Source: the human T2T-CHM13v2.0 reference genome, Homo sapiens. Taken from it: a DNA stretch of 64,000 nucleotides. The position numbers were made by a program, and so were the translations under genes. This document shows, piece after piece, positions 28,562 to 46,724 of this stretch; position 1 is the first letter of the stretch; every line of letters starts with the position of its first letter. The stretch lies in the NCBI RefSeq assembly GCF_009914755.1, contig NC_060947.1; one strand, given 5' to 3'. The notes beneath the pieces were generated by a model that saw only the letters and a program-made list of their open reading frames with translations, did not search any database and was not told the origin of the DNA.

Positions 28562-28685
28562 AAAAATTCAGGTTCTCAGTTGCATTAGTCATATTTCAAT
28601 GGCCACTTATAGTTAGTAGCTGCCATATTGAACACAGCAGACATAGGACCTTTCCATCATTGCACACAGTTCTATTGAACAGCCC
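28562..28685. mobile_element. MER3-like hAT DNA transposon fragment
   Basis: AAAATTCAG..TCTCAGTTGCATTAG..CATATTTCAA ... TTTCCATCATTGCA..AGTTCTATTG. Confidence 0.55.
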
Positions 28686-29289
28686 AAGTCTAGATCATTG
28701 TGTCCCCACATAAGGTGGTGCCCATTGGGATACCCTGCAACCCTGAGTGTGAATTAATTAATGGGAATTAACAACACATACTTATCAATTGATCCTTGTA
28801 GTCCTTGGTTAACCACGGGGGCGGGGCGAGTTAGGCATTACTGAAACAATGAAGGTTAGTTACTGATAGGCCTCCTATGGAATATACAGTCTGATCTAGA
28901 GGCCTACAATATATCCATGGCAATGATGACACCTGTTGAATCTCTCAGTAAATCATAGGAACAATAGTGATGTTTGGACTGCTAGGTTTTCTGGTTACCA
29001 TGGAAATGAGGGTGCTGGTTACAATTCTGTGTAATCACGCAGAGCCTAAGGTATGATGCACCCCCTCCTCCCCCACCCCGTCTGTAACCATGACCAAAGA
29101 GTTGACTATTTCAGTTGCGTTTCCCGAGTAGCCCCAGCAACAGGAGAAGCATCTAGAAATATGATTAAGTATGGGGTGTCAGGATGCAAGCCCTAACAAG
29201 GAAGTGTGAAAAAAGAAACATGGCGGGGCATTTTTTTCAGTAGGAAAAGGCCAAATCTATTCCATTGAATACAATGACATTGTTACTCT

Positions 29290-29760
29290 TGCTTCTTGCA
29301 CAGGCGCAGTGCAGGACTGCTCCGAGCACGCCTACGCGCGCATTTTCTCCCCTTCCTCTCCCTCTTTCCACTTTCCTCTCCCTTTTTCTCCTCTCCTTTC
29401 CCCCTCCCACCACTTGGTCTTTCAGTCTTTCAGTCAGTTCGTTTAGGTCTCTCCTTCCGACCCCCACCCCCAGCTCCTCTCCCTTTCCTTTTCCCCCTCC
29501 CCCTTTCCTTTCCCGTCTCACGCGCCAGGCCGCTTGCACATGCGCATTAGGTACAAAGCCTCGCTCTTTGTCCCCATCTGTCGTTCACACGAACTCAAGC
29601 CTTTGGCATTCGGCAGCCAATAGAATCTAAGAAATGGCGGAAAAATGATTCCGCCTCGGGAGCTAAACCTTGATTGGCAGTTTAGCTAACCAATCGAGAA
29701 CGCCATTTTGTACCCCTTGGCAGGCACCGAGCTCCGTCGTCTCGTTTCCGGCGGTCGCGC
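29290..29760 (+). promoter_or_regulatory. NONO: NONO TATA-less CpG promoter
   Basis: NRF1-like TGCACATGCGCA (~29535), three CCAAT boxes (~29617, 29673 reverse, 29690), YY1 motifs AAATGGCGG (29632) and CGCCATTTT (29701), ETS TTCCGG (~29746). Confidence 0.85.
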
Positions 29761-29830
29761 GCTCTTTTCTCGGGACGGGAGAGGCCGTGTAGCGTCGCCG
29801 TTACTCCGAGGAGATACCAGTCGGTAGAGG
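29710..29830 (+). other. NONO: NONO non-coding exon 1 (start approximate)
   Basis: Donor AGG|GTGAGT at 29830/29831. Confidence 0.8.
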
Positions 29831-30505
29831 GTGAGTTTTGGGACGTCTTGGTTCTTGTTTGGGAGGGTAGTGGGATTTCTTGGAACAATCAGCGAAGGAA
29901 GAGGCTAGGGCGAAGCTAGGTTTGGAGGGTGGATGGCGCTTCCGAGGCCCCTTGAGGCCTTGTCTCTGCCGCCACACTGCCTTCTCAGCCCACCCGCGGG
30001 GGGCCACCTTTCTCAACTCGCTTCGCTTCGGGCTTTCCCCATTTTCGTTCCTGCCCTGTTTCTTTGTGCAACTCATCTCCGAATCTTACCCGTGTCAGTA
30101 AGTTGCCGGCCTCTGAGCCGCCCTGGGCCCGACGGTGTGGGGTCTATTATGAGAGATCGCTGAAGTCGTGGTTGGTTAGAGGAGGAGGCGCTTTGTCGGG
30201 CGCTCCTCCTCTCGGCCCCGCGAGGCCATTAATTCAGAATGGGCAAGTGGGGCCCCTCAAGCGATATTTCTTTGTCAAAACTCTTAGCTGGAAAGTTCCT
30301 CTGCATATCCAGAGCCCGCCGCTTTCGTAGTCAGATTTCTGTATGCCCTTTTTCTAAAGTCCTAACCGCCTAGCTCCTTGACGCATTTATATAGCATCAC
30401 TTTTTAAAATGAAACTTAAATTTATGGATTTCGCATCGAGTATTTTATTTTCCAGTTTGAGAAACTCTTACCATAACCTGACACGTTTCTTTGTGTTTTT
30501 AACAG

Positions 30506-30562
30506 AGAAGTCGAGGTTAGAGGGAACTGGGAGGCACTTTGCTGTCTGCAATCGAAGTTGAG
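30506..30562 (+). other. NONO: NONO non-coding exon 2
   Basis: Acceptor TTTTTAACAG, donor GAG|GTAGGT. Confidence 0.8.
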
Positions 30563-30580
30563 GTAGGTGTAAGGAAGGGA

Positions 30581-30731
30581 TAGGGTTGCCAGACAAAACA
30601 CCGGGCACCCAGTTGAATTAGAATTTCACCTACACAACCAATTATTTTTAAGTATATGTTGCATAGTTTTCAATTAAATTTCAAATTTAATTGTGGGTTG
30701 TGTATTTTATTTGCTAAATCTGGCAACTCTA
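30581..30731. mobile_element. MER53-like miniature DNA transposon
   Basis: Terminal inverted repeats TAGGGTTGCCAGA ... TCTGGCAACTCTA with AT-rich interior. Confidence 0.8.
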
Positions 30732-31092
30732 GTGGGGGGGCCCTGGTTATATTTATACTGTGTCCTTGTCCACCTTCCTTGTTATTAAATGAAAAGTCCT
30801 AAGAAACTCTTAGAGAAGGACCTTAGTTCATTTTACAGCTTTCAGGCTGGCCATCCAGGCAGCCATCTCAGTCTTGTAAATTTATACCAGATTTAGATTT
30901 CAGATATGTGTGATGTAGTGTTTGGTCCTCTACCTAAACATTTGTTTAACTGTAGCATGCCCAGTGGTTAGAGTCTTTCTCAACCAGCAATACGTGTTTT
31001 CTCTCAAAATTCTTCATCAGGATTATTAGTCTCAGGGACACAAGTAGACAGTAATCTTTGCTGCTGATCTTCGTGCTGTGTTCTCTTTTCAG

Positions 31093-31206
31093 AGGCCCAG
31101 TATTTAGGCGACAGTGAATTTATTACTCTGAAGAGGGTTCTGCACATATTTCCAAATTATATTGGTGGTCATCAGAAGTAGGTGATAGGAAGAAATACTT
31201 CTCAAG
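31093..31206 (+). other. NONO: NONO alternative 5' UTR exon
   Basis: Acceptor TTCTCTTTTCAG, donor AAG|GTACTT; no ATG inside. Confidence 0.6.
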
Positions 31207-33204
31207 GTACTTGCTACTTGGTGGGCACTGTTATAGGTGCTTTATTATGATAGTCTTCACTAGTGCATTCCATCCTGGGCCTCTCCGGGGCCAGGGGAAG
31301 AGAGATGTTTAACACCTGGAACCCAAGTAGGAAAAGATTTGATTCTGATGCCCACCTTGCCCCATCCCCAACTATTTCCAGGGTGGACTTTAGATTTTGT
31401 ATGTTTTAACTTCCTGCTTTTATATCTTATTTTTTAAAACACTATTTTCTTTTTTTGTTGTTTTTTTTTAAAGGTATCTCATTTGCCATGAAACTGCTAC
31501 ACCTGCTCATGGCGTTTAAAATCCTTACAACTTTTTGAGAAAACGACGTTGCACTATGTGGCAAGAGTCACAGGATAGATTCTATTTTTAAGAATTTATC
31601 CTATGGAAATAATTAAATGGAAATAAAGCTGAAAGCCAGAAGACATTTACTGCAGCGTTATAATAGGAAAAGCCAAAAACAACCACCTAAATGTCTTATA
31701 GTAGGGAGTAGTTTAGTAAAGTAGTACATCCTGGTGAACTTTATATAGTCATTAAAAATTACAATTATGTTGACATTAGCAGAAATGAGGAAACTCTGAA
31801 TATACAAGGGTGCATTATCAGTTACTGAAATGATAATGTATGTCTAAATAAGCAAGAATGGAAAATTGTGGGAGGAATATTTAATCATGGATATGTCCAA
31901 AGATTTAGCTATGAGCATTGATTATAATGGTGAAAAATTAGAAACGACCCAGGTGTCCAACACAATAGGGACTTGGTTGACAACTGAATGCTGTGTCCGT
32001 TAACGTAAAAGATTTAATGACATGAAAGCTGTTTATGATACATCATAAAGTGGAAAAAACAGGTTACAAAATAGTATTTATCATATCTCATTTCAAATAC
32101 ATAAATTAATGACTAGAAGGATATACCAACATGTTAACAGTGACTATTTTTAGTGGCAGGTCTATGGATTTTTATATTTGTATTTTTATTTATTTTGGTT
32201 TTTCTAAATTTTCTATAATACATTTTGTAATAAGTATCTGATTGTAATTTCTGTTTAAAAATTTTTAAATAAAATTTTAAGTTGTAATTTCTGATACCTT
32301 ATAACATTAATGAGAAACAAAATTGATTAAATGATATAAATGTGAAAATTTAAATCTTGGCTGAAATGTCAGATGTTGTGAGGTTTACCATCTGCCTCCT
32401 TCTCCCTATCCACTTTGCCTTCCTCCCCCATTTTTATTTATTTTCCCATAGCACTTACCTCTTAAGTACTATATAATTTACTTATATATATTGTCTCTCA
32501 CTAGAAGCAAGTTCTGTAGGCAAGAATCTGCTTTGTTCACTAATCCACTGTAACCATCTAGAATAGTGCCTAGCAAATGGTAGGCATTCACTGAATATTT
32601 TTTGAATGAAATCGTGAATTGAAAAATTATCAGTAACCTAAAAGCAATGCAGTTGTTTTCATTTTTGCCTACCTTCTGTTCCCTTGTCTATATTCACATC
32701 TTTAAAATTAGAAAAAACCTTTCCCCGTTAGAATATCAGACATACTCGTGTTTATGTGGTCTTCATAATTTTTAAGGCTGTGAACATTCTGTTGTATAGA
32801 TGTACCGTACTTTCATGAAAACCATTCCCCTAATTTTGGAAATTTAAGTCATTTTTATTGTTTTCTTACCATAAAGGCCATTACAATGAACACTTTCACG
32901 GGTGTAGTTTTTAATTTTAAAATTATTAGGATAAATTTCCAGGAGTAGAATTTCCAAATTAAAGACTATGAATTAACATCTTGATAGCTCTTGTTACTTT
33001 TTTTCTTACTAAACTTTTGGATACAGAATTTGGTAATTGCATTAATGTTTTCAGTTTTGGTGGGATGTGACATTAAACAGATTAGGAATGTTTTTATACA
33101 CTTGAAAGTATTCCCGTATACTCATCATCAAAATCAATAGTTACCAAGCCTTTGTCGCATTTCTTTCATCTGAGAAATATAATTTTCTGTGTTTATAATT
33201 ATTT

Positions 33205-36516
<3,312 letters not shown>

Positions 36517-36747
36517 TAACCTCCAGAACGCAAGATTTTTTTTAACATAGTTTCCATATGCAGCACTGATAGATTTTTGAATTGTTCTTCTTTGTCATGG
36601 TTGTTCAAAGTAACAAATTGTTTGCCTCTGACAAAAGCCAGAGCACTTAAGGTGATGAATTACATATAAGTCATCAGGAAGGTGGCTGATTGTGTTATTA
36701 GTACTGAATTTATTTATTAGTCTACTTTTTCTTTGTAGGGTGCAAAA

Positions 36748-36901
36748 ATGCAGAGTAATAAAACTTTTAACTTGGAGAAGCAAAACCATACTCCAAGAAA
36801 GCATCATCAACATCACCACCAGCAGCAGCACCACCAGCAGCAACAGCAGCAGCCGCCACCACCGCCAATACCTGCAAATGGGCAACAGGCCAGCAGCCAA
36901 A
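36748..36901 (+). CDS. NONO: NONO (p54nrb) coding exon 1; His/Gln/Pro-rich N-terminus (exon starts 36739)
   Basis: [27 protein letters not shown]...; AG/GT boundaries; all 10 exons sum to 1416 nt = 471 aa + stop. Confidence 0.97.
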
Positions 36902-37888
36902 GTGTGTATATGCTAGGTGATGGAGTAGAAATGGATTCCCTCTGGGAATGGTTTCTTGGTTTTTAGATTAGTTTCTCGGGCTTATAAGGGAATAGGCCTT
37001 TATGGCACACCTTTGTTCTTTTTTCTCTTTACCTCTTAATACTTACGATGGAAAAGGCTGATTCTCCGGAACCAAGGAGCAAACATGTATGACAGCAGTT
37101 GAGTACAGGTTGCTCTGCTGTGTTGACACATTCTACTGTTAAACAGATGTCTGCATGTTTTACCTCAGCTTGGTTCTTAGAGGTAGTCATCAGATGACTG
37201 GTAGTTAAAAATAATATAGAAAAGTCTTTAAGGCTTAAATGGAGAAGTCTGGTACTGAATACTGTACTTTTAGCCTTGAGCCTGTACCAGCTCATTGTAA
37301 AAAGTCTTTAAGTATATGTTCCTGTTTGAGTACCAATTGTGTGCCTCTAAGACTAGAACCAATCCCAACTTTGTTTATTTCCAGAGATTACTATAAAGAG
37401 TTGCTCTTTCCTAACTCATTTCATTCTGTTGCCCCCAGCCTGAAAGAATGGGAACTGTTAAGGTTATGAAAATTGGTGAGAGATTAGGAAAATGGAACAG
37501 TTACTTTGTTTTTTGTTTTTTTTTTTGTTTGTTTATTCTCATCTGAAGGTACGTTTTGAATGTTAAAATCTGATGCCTTGTAACATAGGGCTGCTTCCTT
37601 GAATTGCTTAATTTTTCTCTTTGGCCGGTAACGCCTATATTTTTCTTTCTCTTGCTTAGTCCAGCTTGGCTTCTGGCCCGTCGTAGAGCTGTTCAGATGT
37701 CCTCTGCATACTGCTTTCACATTCTAAGGCACAATTTACTCATAAGTGGTTAGGTTGCCTTGGGAAATGGTGTTTACATTCTCTACAACAATTAATGTTT
37801 CCTCATTTATCAGTGGTTATAGGTCTTTGAGGATACGACTATAATTCTATTTCCCCAGTCTTTTAAGTGACTGTGTGTCTTCTCTCAG

Positions 37889-38082
37889 ATGAAGGCTTGA
37901 CTATTGACCTGAAGAATTTTAGAAAACCAGGAGAGAAGACCTTCACCCAACGAAGCCGTCTTTTTGTGGGAAATCTTCCTCCCGACATCACTGAGGAAGA
38001 AATGAGGAAACTATTTGAGAAATATGGAAAGGCAGGCGAAGTCTTCATTCATAAGGATAAAGGATTTGGCTTTATCCGCTTG
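37889..38082 (+). CDS. NONO: NONO coding exon 2 (RRM1)
   Basis: [29 protein letters not shown]...KGFGFIRL. Confidence 0.97.
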
Positions 38083-38326
38083 GTGAGCAACTGTTGGCTT
38101 TTGAGGCATGTGCTCTAAAGGTGGGGAAGCTGGAGAATAATAGATGTGCAAAAATAGGCAGTGGAAATAATTCTCAGATGATGTGTTCCTTGAAAGCTTG
38201 ATGAAACAGAACCACAAAAATGGCACATTTTAATTTTTCCTCATAAGTTTTGTTTCAAGGATAACAAGTTTTTTGCCTAGGATACTGGAGCTAAAGTATG
38301 CCCTTTGGAACTTTTTTTTTTTTTGA

Positions 38327-38431
<105 letters not shown>

Positions 38432-39586
38432 TGAGTAGCTGGGATTACAGGTGTCTGTCACCACACCCGGCTAATTTTTGTATTTTTGGTAGAGACGGGG
38501 TTTCACTGTTTTGGCCAGGCTGGTCTCGAGCTCCTGACCTCAGGAGATCCACCCACCTTGGCCTCCCAAAGTATTGGGGTTACAGATGTGAGCCACTGCA
38601 CCTGGCTGGAACTTTTTTGTTTTAATTAGGAAATTTCAAACATATAGAAGTAGACAGAATAATAATGAACCTGCACATATGCATTGCATAGCTTCAGTAA
38701 TTATCAAGTTGTGGTTAATTTTGTTTTATCTGTACCCTTTCCCTATTTTGTCCCCCCATGATCAAGAGATGGGTATCTCACCATGTTGCCTTGGCTAGAC
38801 TTGAATTCCTGAGCTTAAGCAATTCTCTGTCCTCAGCCTCCTGAGTAGCTGGGACAAAGGCAACGCACCACGGTGCCTGGTTTATTTGTATCTTTAAAAA
38901 ACTATTTTAAATTGAATTAACCAGGCATGGTATACGTCTGTAGTCTAACTACTCAACTAGGCTAAGCTGATAGGGCTGATTGAGCCTAGGAGTTTGAGGT
39001 TACAGTGAGCTATGCTCATAGCACTGCACTTCAGCCTGGGTGATAGAGTGAGACCCAGTCTCTTAAAAAAAAACTAATGATGGTAAAACATACATAACAT
39101 AAAATTTACTATCTTAACCGTTTGTAAGTGTAGACATTATTTTAAAATCTGGTTCGATTTAGGGAAAGTATATGAGAGGAAAACATTTCTAGACATTATC
39201 TACCTCCATAAATGGAAGAGAATAATGTGACAGCAGGATCACTGGATGGGGTGGTCAGAACTGATTTTCATTCCAATCTGCCAAGTCATTTTTCTCTGGG
39301 TATCAGGTTTCTCTTTAGTAATATGAAAGGGATCCTGTCAAGGTTCCTGGTTCCAAAGAGGCTTCTTGGAGGATATTCGTGATTCTGGTACATACCTAGC
39401 AAAAATTAGACTGAGCATGGTGGCTCATGCCTGTAATCCCAGCACTTTTTGGGAGGCCAAGGTGGGCGGATCACTTGAGGTCAGGAGTTTGAGACCAGCC
39501 TGGCCAACATGGTTAAACCCCGTCTCTATTAAAACTACAAAAATTAGCTGGACATGGTGGTAAGCGCCTGTAATCCCACCTGCTCA

Positions 39587-39703
<117 letters not shown>

Positions 39704-39739
39704 CTAAAATATTCTAGGTGGTTTTAGGGTGGTCTTTGA

Positions 39740-40081
<342 letters not shown>

Positions 40082-40336
40082 TAATACCTATGAAATTGAT
40101 GATCACCTAAGTGTTATTGACTTCTAGAACTACATGTGATTTATTGCAAGGCCATCAGAAGCAAACTAGGGTGGCCAAAGAGCTGAAGCACACAGTTAAG
40201 TTCTTTCACTTCTGTTTCTTTGTATGGTTGTTTAGTTTTTCCGGGGAGATATTGAACTATACTGCTTTAGACTGTTGATGGCTGCTAAGGTGTTCTTTGT
40301 CAAACTGAGTTATTCTGATTTTCCTCTGCTTCCTAG

Positions 40337-40638
40337 GAAACCCGAACCCTAGCGGAGATTGCCAAAGTGGAGCTGGACAATATGCCACTCCGTGGAAAGC
40401 AGCTGCGTGTGCGCTTTGCCTGCCATAGTGCATCCCTTACAGTTCGAAACCTTCCTCAGTATGTGTCCAACGAACTGCTGGAAGAAGCCTTTTCTGTGTT
40501 TGGCCAGGTAGAGAGGGCTGTAGTCATTGTGGATGATCGAGGAAGGCCCTCAGGAAAAGGCATTGTTGAGTTCTCAGGGAAGCCAGCTGCTCGGAAAGCT
40601 CTGGACAGATGCAGTGAAGGCTCCTTCCTGCTAACCAC
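40337..40638 (+). CDS. NONO: NONO coding exon 3 (RRM1 end, RRM2)
   Basis: [28 protein letters not shown]...SFLLT. Confidence 0.97.
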
Positions 40639-40732
40639 GTAAGTGAGGGTCATTTTCAGACGTAGACCTTAGATTGCTAATTCCTTCCATGGTCTGGAGA
40701 GTTAGCCTCTAGTAACCACTTTTCTATGTTTA

Positions 40733-41061
<329 letters not shown>

Positions 41062-41108
41062 TCACGCCTGTAATCCCAGCAATTTGGGAGGCCGAGGCGG
41101 GCAGATCA

Positions 41109-41405
<297 letters not shown>

Positions 41406-41433
41406 CTAACACGGTGAAACCCCGTCTCTACTA

Positions 41434-41658
<225 letters not shown>

Positions 41659-41683
41659 TCAGGAGGCTGAGGCGGGTGAATCA

Positions 41684-41995
<312 letters not shown>

Positions 41996-42292
41996 TTAGT
42001 CATTCGGTAGGTTGTCATGTAGTCAGTGTTAAGTCTCTCTTTACTTTGAAGATTTAGAGTTCTGAAAAGTTGATTTGTGCCTGCAGTATCTCTTAGTGTT
42101 TACCACAAGTCATTTCTCAGAGTGTCTGTAGATGTTTAGGCTGTACTTAAGTACTGCACCTACCTACTTGGAATATCTTTTTGAGACTGTATTCAGAGAT
42201 CTAAGTCCTGATTTCGTCCTGTCAACCCCAGATTTTCTTTTTTCTTTTTCTTTTCTTTTTTTTTTTTTTTTTGAGACAGTCTCACTCTGTAG

Positions 42293-42442
<150 letters not shown>

Positions 42443-42674
42443 TGAACTCCTGACCTCATGATTCACCCGCCTCGTCCTCCCAAAGTGCTGGGATTACAGG
42501 CGTGAGCCACCACCCCCAGCCCAACCCCAAATTTTTTATAATGTCATTAGGTATAAAAACTTCAGAAGCCTCCAATCCTGAGCCCTAGCTAATTCATTGT
42601 GCCAGTGACATGTGTAGAGAAGAAGCCTGGTGGGGTATGATTTGATTAACACTGAACTTTGTTCTTTCTTCCAG

Positions 42675-42770
42675 ATTTCCTCGTCCTGTGACTGTGGAGC
42701 CCATGGACCAGTTAGATGATGAAGAGGGACTTCCAGAGAAGCTGGTTATAAAAAACCAGCAATTTCACAA
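42675..42770 (+). CDS. NONO: NONO coding exon 4 (NOPS)
   Basis: [31 protein letters not shown]. Confidence 0.97.
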
Positions 42771-42960
42771 GTATGCAGTCTTGATAGATTTCCCTATTAG
42801 GTGTTTCCTTCTTAAGAAAGCTTATAAAGGGATATGTAAAAGAGGCAGGTCTTTGCTGCACATGTTCACTGGCAGCCATTATCTTGGTCCTCACAAGGAA
42901 TGCAATTCTTAGCTGGGGTAATTCTGGACAAAGTTAGTAACCTAGGAACCTTGCCTATAG

Positions 42961-43157
42961 GGAACGAGAGCAGCCACCCAGATTTGCACAGCCTGGCTCC
43001 TTTGAGTATGAATATGCCATGCGCTGGAAGGCACTCATTGAGATGGAGAAGCAGCAGCAGGACCAAGTGGACCGCAACATCAAGGAGGCTCGTGAGAAGC
43101 TGGAGATGGAGATGGAAGCTGCACGCCATGAGCACCAGGTCATGCTAATGAGACAGG
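42961..43157 (+). CDS. NONO: NONO coding exon 5 (NOPS/coiled coil)
   Basis: [33 protein letters not shown]...MLMRQ. Confidence 0.97.
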
Positions 43158-43486
43158 GTGAGTCTAGGCCTGTAAGTCTTAAAGCTGAAAGGACAAAATG
43201 ACATTTTTAAATGGGTTTCTTTGTATCAATTAACAGAAGGGCCTACATCTCTGCTTTTATACTTAGTTTGCGTTGATTTTGGTAGATAAATAGGCTTGGA
43301 GATGTGGCAGAGATACTGGATTCTGTGGAGAAGGAAATGATAGGTATAACTTCATTTTGGAATCTGGACACCACAGGTGGTTCCAAAGGAATTAGATCCT
43401 CTTTGCTTTCTGGATCTTTATTTGAAGAAAGTCATTAGATCTATATGAAGACAATGAGGAATATTCTTAGTCTGTTGTTTTTTTAG

Positions 43487-43571
43487 ATTTGATGAGGCGC
43501 CAAGAAGAACTTCGGAGGATGGAAGAGCTGCACAACCAAGAGGTGCAAAAACGAAAGCAACTGGAGCTCAG
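43487..43571 (+). CDS. NONO: NONO coding exon 6
   Basis: [27 protein letters not shown]; phase consistent. Confidence 0.96.
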
Positions 43572-43945
43572 GTAACTTTTCTCGAACACTTTTTCCCTAA
43601 CAACTCTAAAAGGTAATGTCTCACTCCTCTTTCCTACTGCCATGCTACCTCGTGTATTTATAAATGTGTTGGCAAATATTTCCTGGCTGCTTCTCAGGTT
43701 CTTTCTTTGGATTGGAGATGTTTTAGCTGCCCATGGTCCTAGAAGTTACCTGCTAAAAAGAAAGCAGCTGAATGCTGGTCTCATGAGGTTTCTTTGGGGG
43801 TTGCCTCAGGGCTGGGCACACTTAACAGTGAGTTTCCTGGTGAACTGATAGTTTTCAGTAGGCCAGTCTCCTTGGTTGAGTCTCCTGTTAATCTGCTCAA
43901 GTTCTGAAATGCCTCTGTCTTAAATACATTGGTGACTCTCTGTAG

Positions 43946-44048
43946 GCAGGAGGAAGAGCGCAGGCGCCGTGAAGAAGAGATGCGGCGGCAGCAAGAAGAA
44001 ATGATGCGGCGACAGCAGGAAGGATTCAAGGGAACCTTCCCTGATGCG
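43946..44048 (+). CDS. NONO: NONO coding exon 7
   Basis: [34 protein letters not shown]. Confidence 0.96.
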
Positions 44049-44578
44049 GTATATCTCCCATGTGCCCGTGATGTACCAGACCAGTCCTGATAAACTCACC
44101 ATGAATTGTCTGCTAGGTTACCGGTTATGACCAATTTTCCCGTGTTGTGAAATAACCCTTTAGAAAAAAGAATTCATAAGAAGGAGAGGTAAGGTTTGAA
44201 GAGGAGATCTTGCCTCACAAGCAATATAGGATGAAAAACTGGGTCTGCTGTATTCTGTTTAGACTCAGTGACTATAGGAAGAGATATGCAACCTTGGCTA
44301 GTCCTCTGCTGTCCTTGCAATTGTACAAGTTGGAGCTTCAGAAGCAATCTCTTCCCCCTTTCACCTCTCTGTTGCTAATAGGAGGCTCTGGCTTACGTCC
44401 TAGTAGCTCTGTGACCTTGAATTTGTTGCACAACTAGCAAGGGTTGTGCTCCTCAGCTTTCTCAGTGCTGTTTGGACGTGTTATCACTCTATCTACTTCC
44501 CTTAGTGTGTGGTCCTTGATGGATTGTGGTAGAATGCACTGCTGTCTTGGACTGTCTTGAGTATTTTTTGTTTTTCAG

Positions 44579-44618
44579 AGAGAGCAGGAGATTCGGATGG
44601 GTCAGATGGCTATGGGAG
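44579..44618 (+). CDS. NONO: NONO coding exon 8
   Basis: REQEIRMGQMAMG; 40 nt, phase consistent. Confidence 0.95.
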
Positions 44619-44816
44619 GTAAGGACTTAGGAGGTTAATGGCTCTGATTTCCTTTTTTGTTTGGTCTTGGGTGAACTATGTAGCTTCTGCTGCCTACTTT
44701 AAGGGGGTGACATATATGTCTTACTTAGCCCAGAGGTCTTGTTGAATTGTTTCCTTTGGCATAGAAAGAGACTAACAATCTTTATCCCTTGTGCTGATCA
44801 CACTACTCTGCCTTAG

Positions 44817-44926
44817 GTGCTATGGGCATAAACAACAGAGGTGCCATGCCCCCTGCTCCTGTGCCAGCTGGTACCCCAGCTCCTCCAGGACCTGCCACTA
44901 TGATGCCGGATGGAACTTTGGGATTG
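44817..44926 (+). CDS. NONO: NONO coding exon 9
   Basis: [36 protein letters not shown]. Confidence 0.96.
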
Positions 44927-44933
44927 GTAATAA

Positions 44934-45314
<381 letters not shown>

Positions 45315-45744
45315 TGAGTTTGACCACGTTGGTCAGGCTGTTCTTGAACTCCTGACCTCAGATAATCTGCCCGCCTCGGTTTCCCAAAGTGCTGGGATTA
45401 CTGGCGTGAGCCACCAAGCCCGGCCCAGATAGCAATCTTTAGGACTGCTGGTATCCATTAAATGTAACCTCAAGGTCTTTATTTTTGAATCTTGAGCAAA
45501 CTCAGTCTCTATACTTAATCTAGGAGTTAAGTAAATGCCACCGTCTGACTGGCCAGTCTGATTGACTATGTTTGTTGGAGGGAAGTCAATGAAGGCTAGG
45601 CATTATCACATAAAATAGTTGTGAATCCAAATACTTCATGGCTCATGCAATCCTGGGGTTGTTTTGGTTATGGTGTTAAAATGCCAAAACTGGATAGTTT
45701 GGTTGTTTCTGTTTTTGTTTTTCTTTTTTTCTTTTTCTTTTTGA

Positions 45745-45849
<105 letters not shown>

Positions 45850-46051
45850 TGAGTAGCTGGGATTACAGGCATGCGCCACCACTTTTGGGGTTATCCACTA
45901 GAGTTCTAAACAGACTTAGTCACCCACTCCTACCTACCATCAGGAGCCTTGAATAGTTGAATGGAAATAGCCTCCAGTGGAGGGACTACAGATGGGTGGG
46001 AAGCTTCCAACAATGGCTCTGTTACAGTGTTGCTCTCTTTTTCTCTTTAAG

Positions 46052-46186
46052 ACCCCACCAACAACTGAACGCTTTGGTCAGGCTGCTACAATGGAAGGAA
46101 TTGGGGCAATTGGTGGAACTCCTCCTGCATTCAACCGTGCAGCTCCTGGAGCTGAATTTGCCCCAAACAAACGTCGCCGATACTAA
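46052..46186 (+). CDS. NONO: NONO last coding exon with C-terminal NLS
   Basis: [44 protein letters not shown]. Confidence 0.97.
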   Translation, partial: TPPTTERFGQAATMEGIGAIGGTPPAFNRAAPGAEFAPNKRRRY

Positions 46187-46543
46187 TAAGTTGCAGTGTC
46201 TAGTTTCTCAAAACCCTTAAAAGAAGGACCCTTTTTGGACTAGCCAGAATTCTACCCTGGAAAAGTGTTAGGGATTCCTTCCAATAGTTAGATCTACCCT
46301 GCCTGTACTACTCTAGGGAGTATGCTGGAGGCAGAGGGCAAGGGAGGGGTGGTATTAAACAAGTCAATTCTGTGTGGTATATTGTTTAATCAGTTCTGTG
46401 TGGTGCATTCCTGAAGTCTCTAATGTGACTGTTGAGGGCCTGGGGAAACCATGGCAAAGTGGATCCAGTTAGAGCCCATTAATCTTGATCATTCCGGTTT
46501 TTTTTTTTTTTGTCCATCTTGTTTCATTTGCTTGCCCCGCCCC

Positions 46544-46724
46544 CGAGACGGAGTCTTACTCTGTCGCCCAGGCTGGAGTGTAGTGGCATGATCTCGGCTC
46601 ACTGCAATCTCTGCCTCCCGGGTTCAAGCTTGTCCAGGTTGATCTTGAACTCCTGACCTCGTGATCTACCCACCTCGGCCTCCCAAAATGCTGGGATTAC
46701 AGGGGTGAGCCACCGTGCCCAACC
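46544..46724 (-). mobile_element. Internally deleted antisense Alu in the NONO 3' UTR
   Basis: Right-arm piece joined directly to a left-arm piece at GGTTCAAGC/TTGTCCAGG. Confidence 0.85.

Noticed and set aside
37540-37760. Possible cryptic or poison exon in the repeat-free NONO intron
   Set aside because: A pyrimidine tract and AG are present, but no convincing donor; unsupported without conservation or RNA data.
46544-46724. Inverted-Alu nuclear-retention element in the NONO 3' UTR
   Set aside because: Only one partial Alu is in the UTR, and the nearest intronic Alus have the same orientation, so no duplex forms in the mature mRNA.
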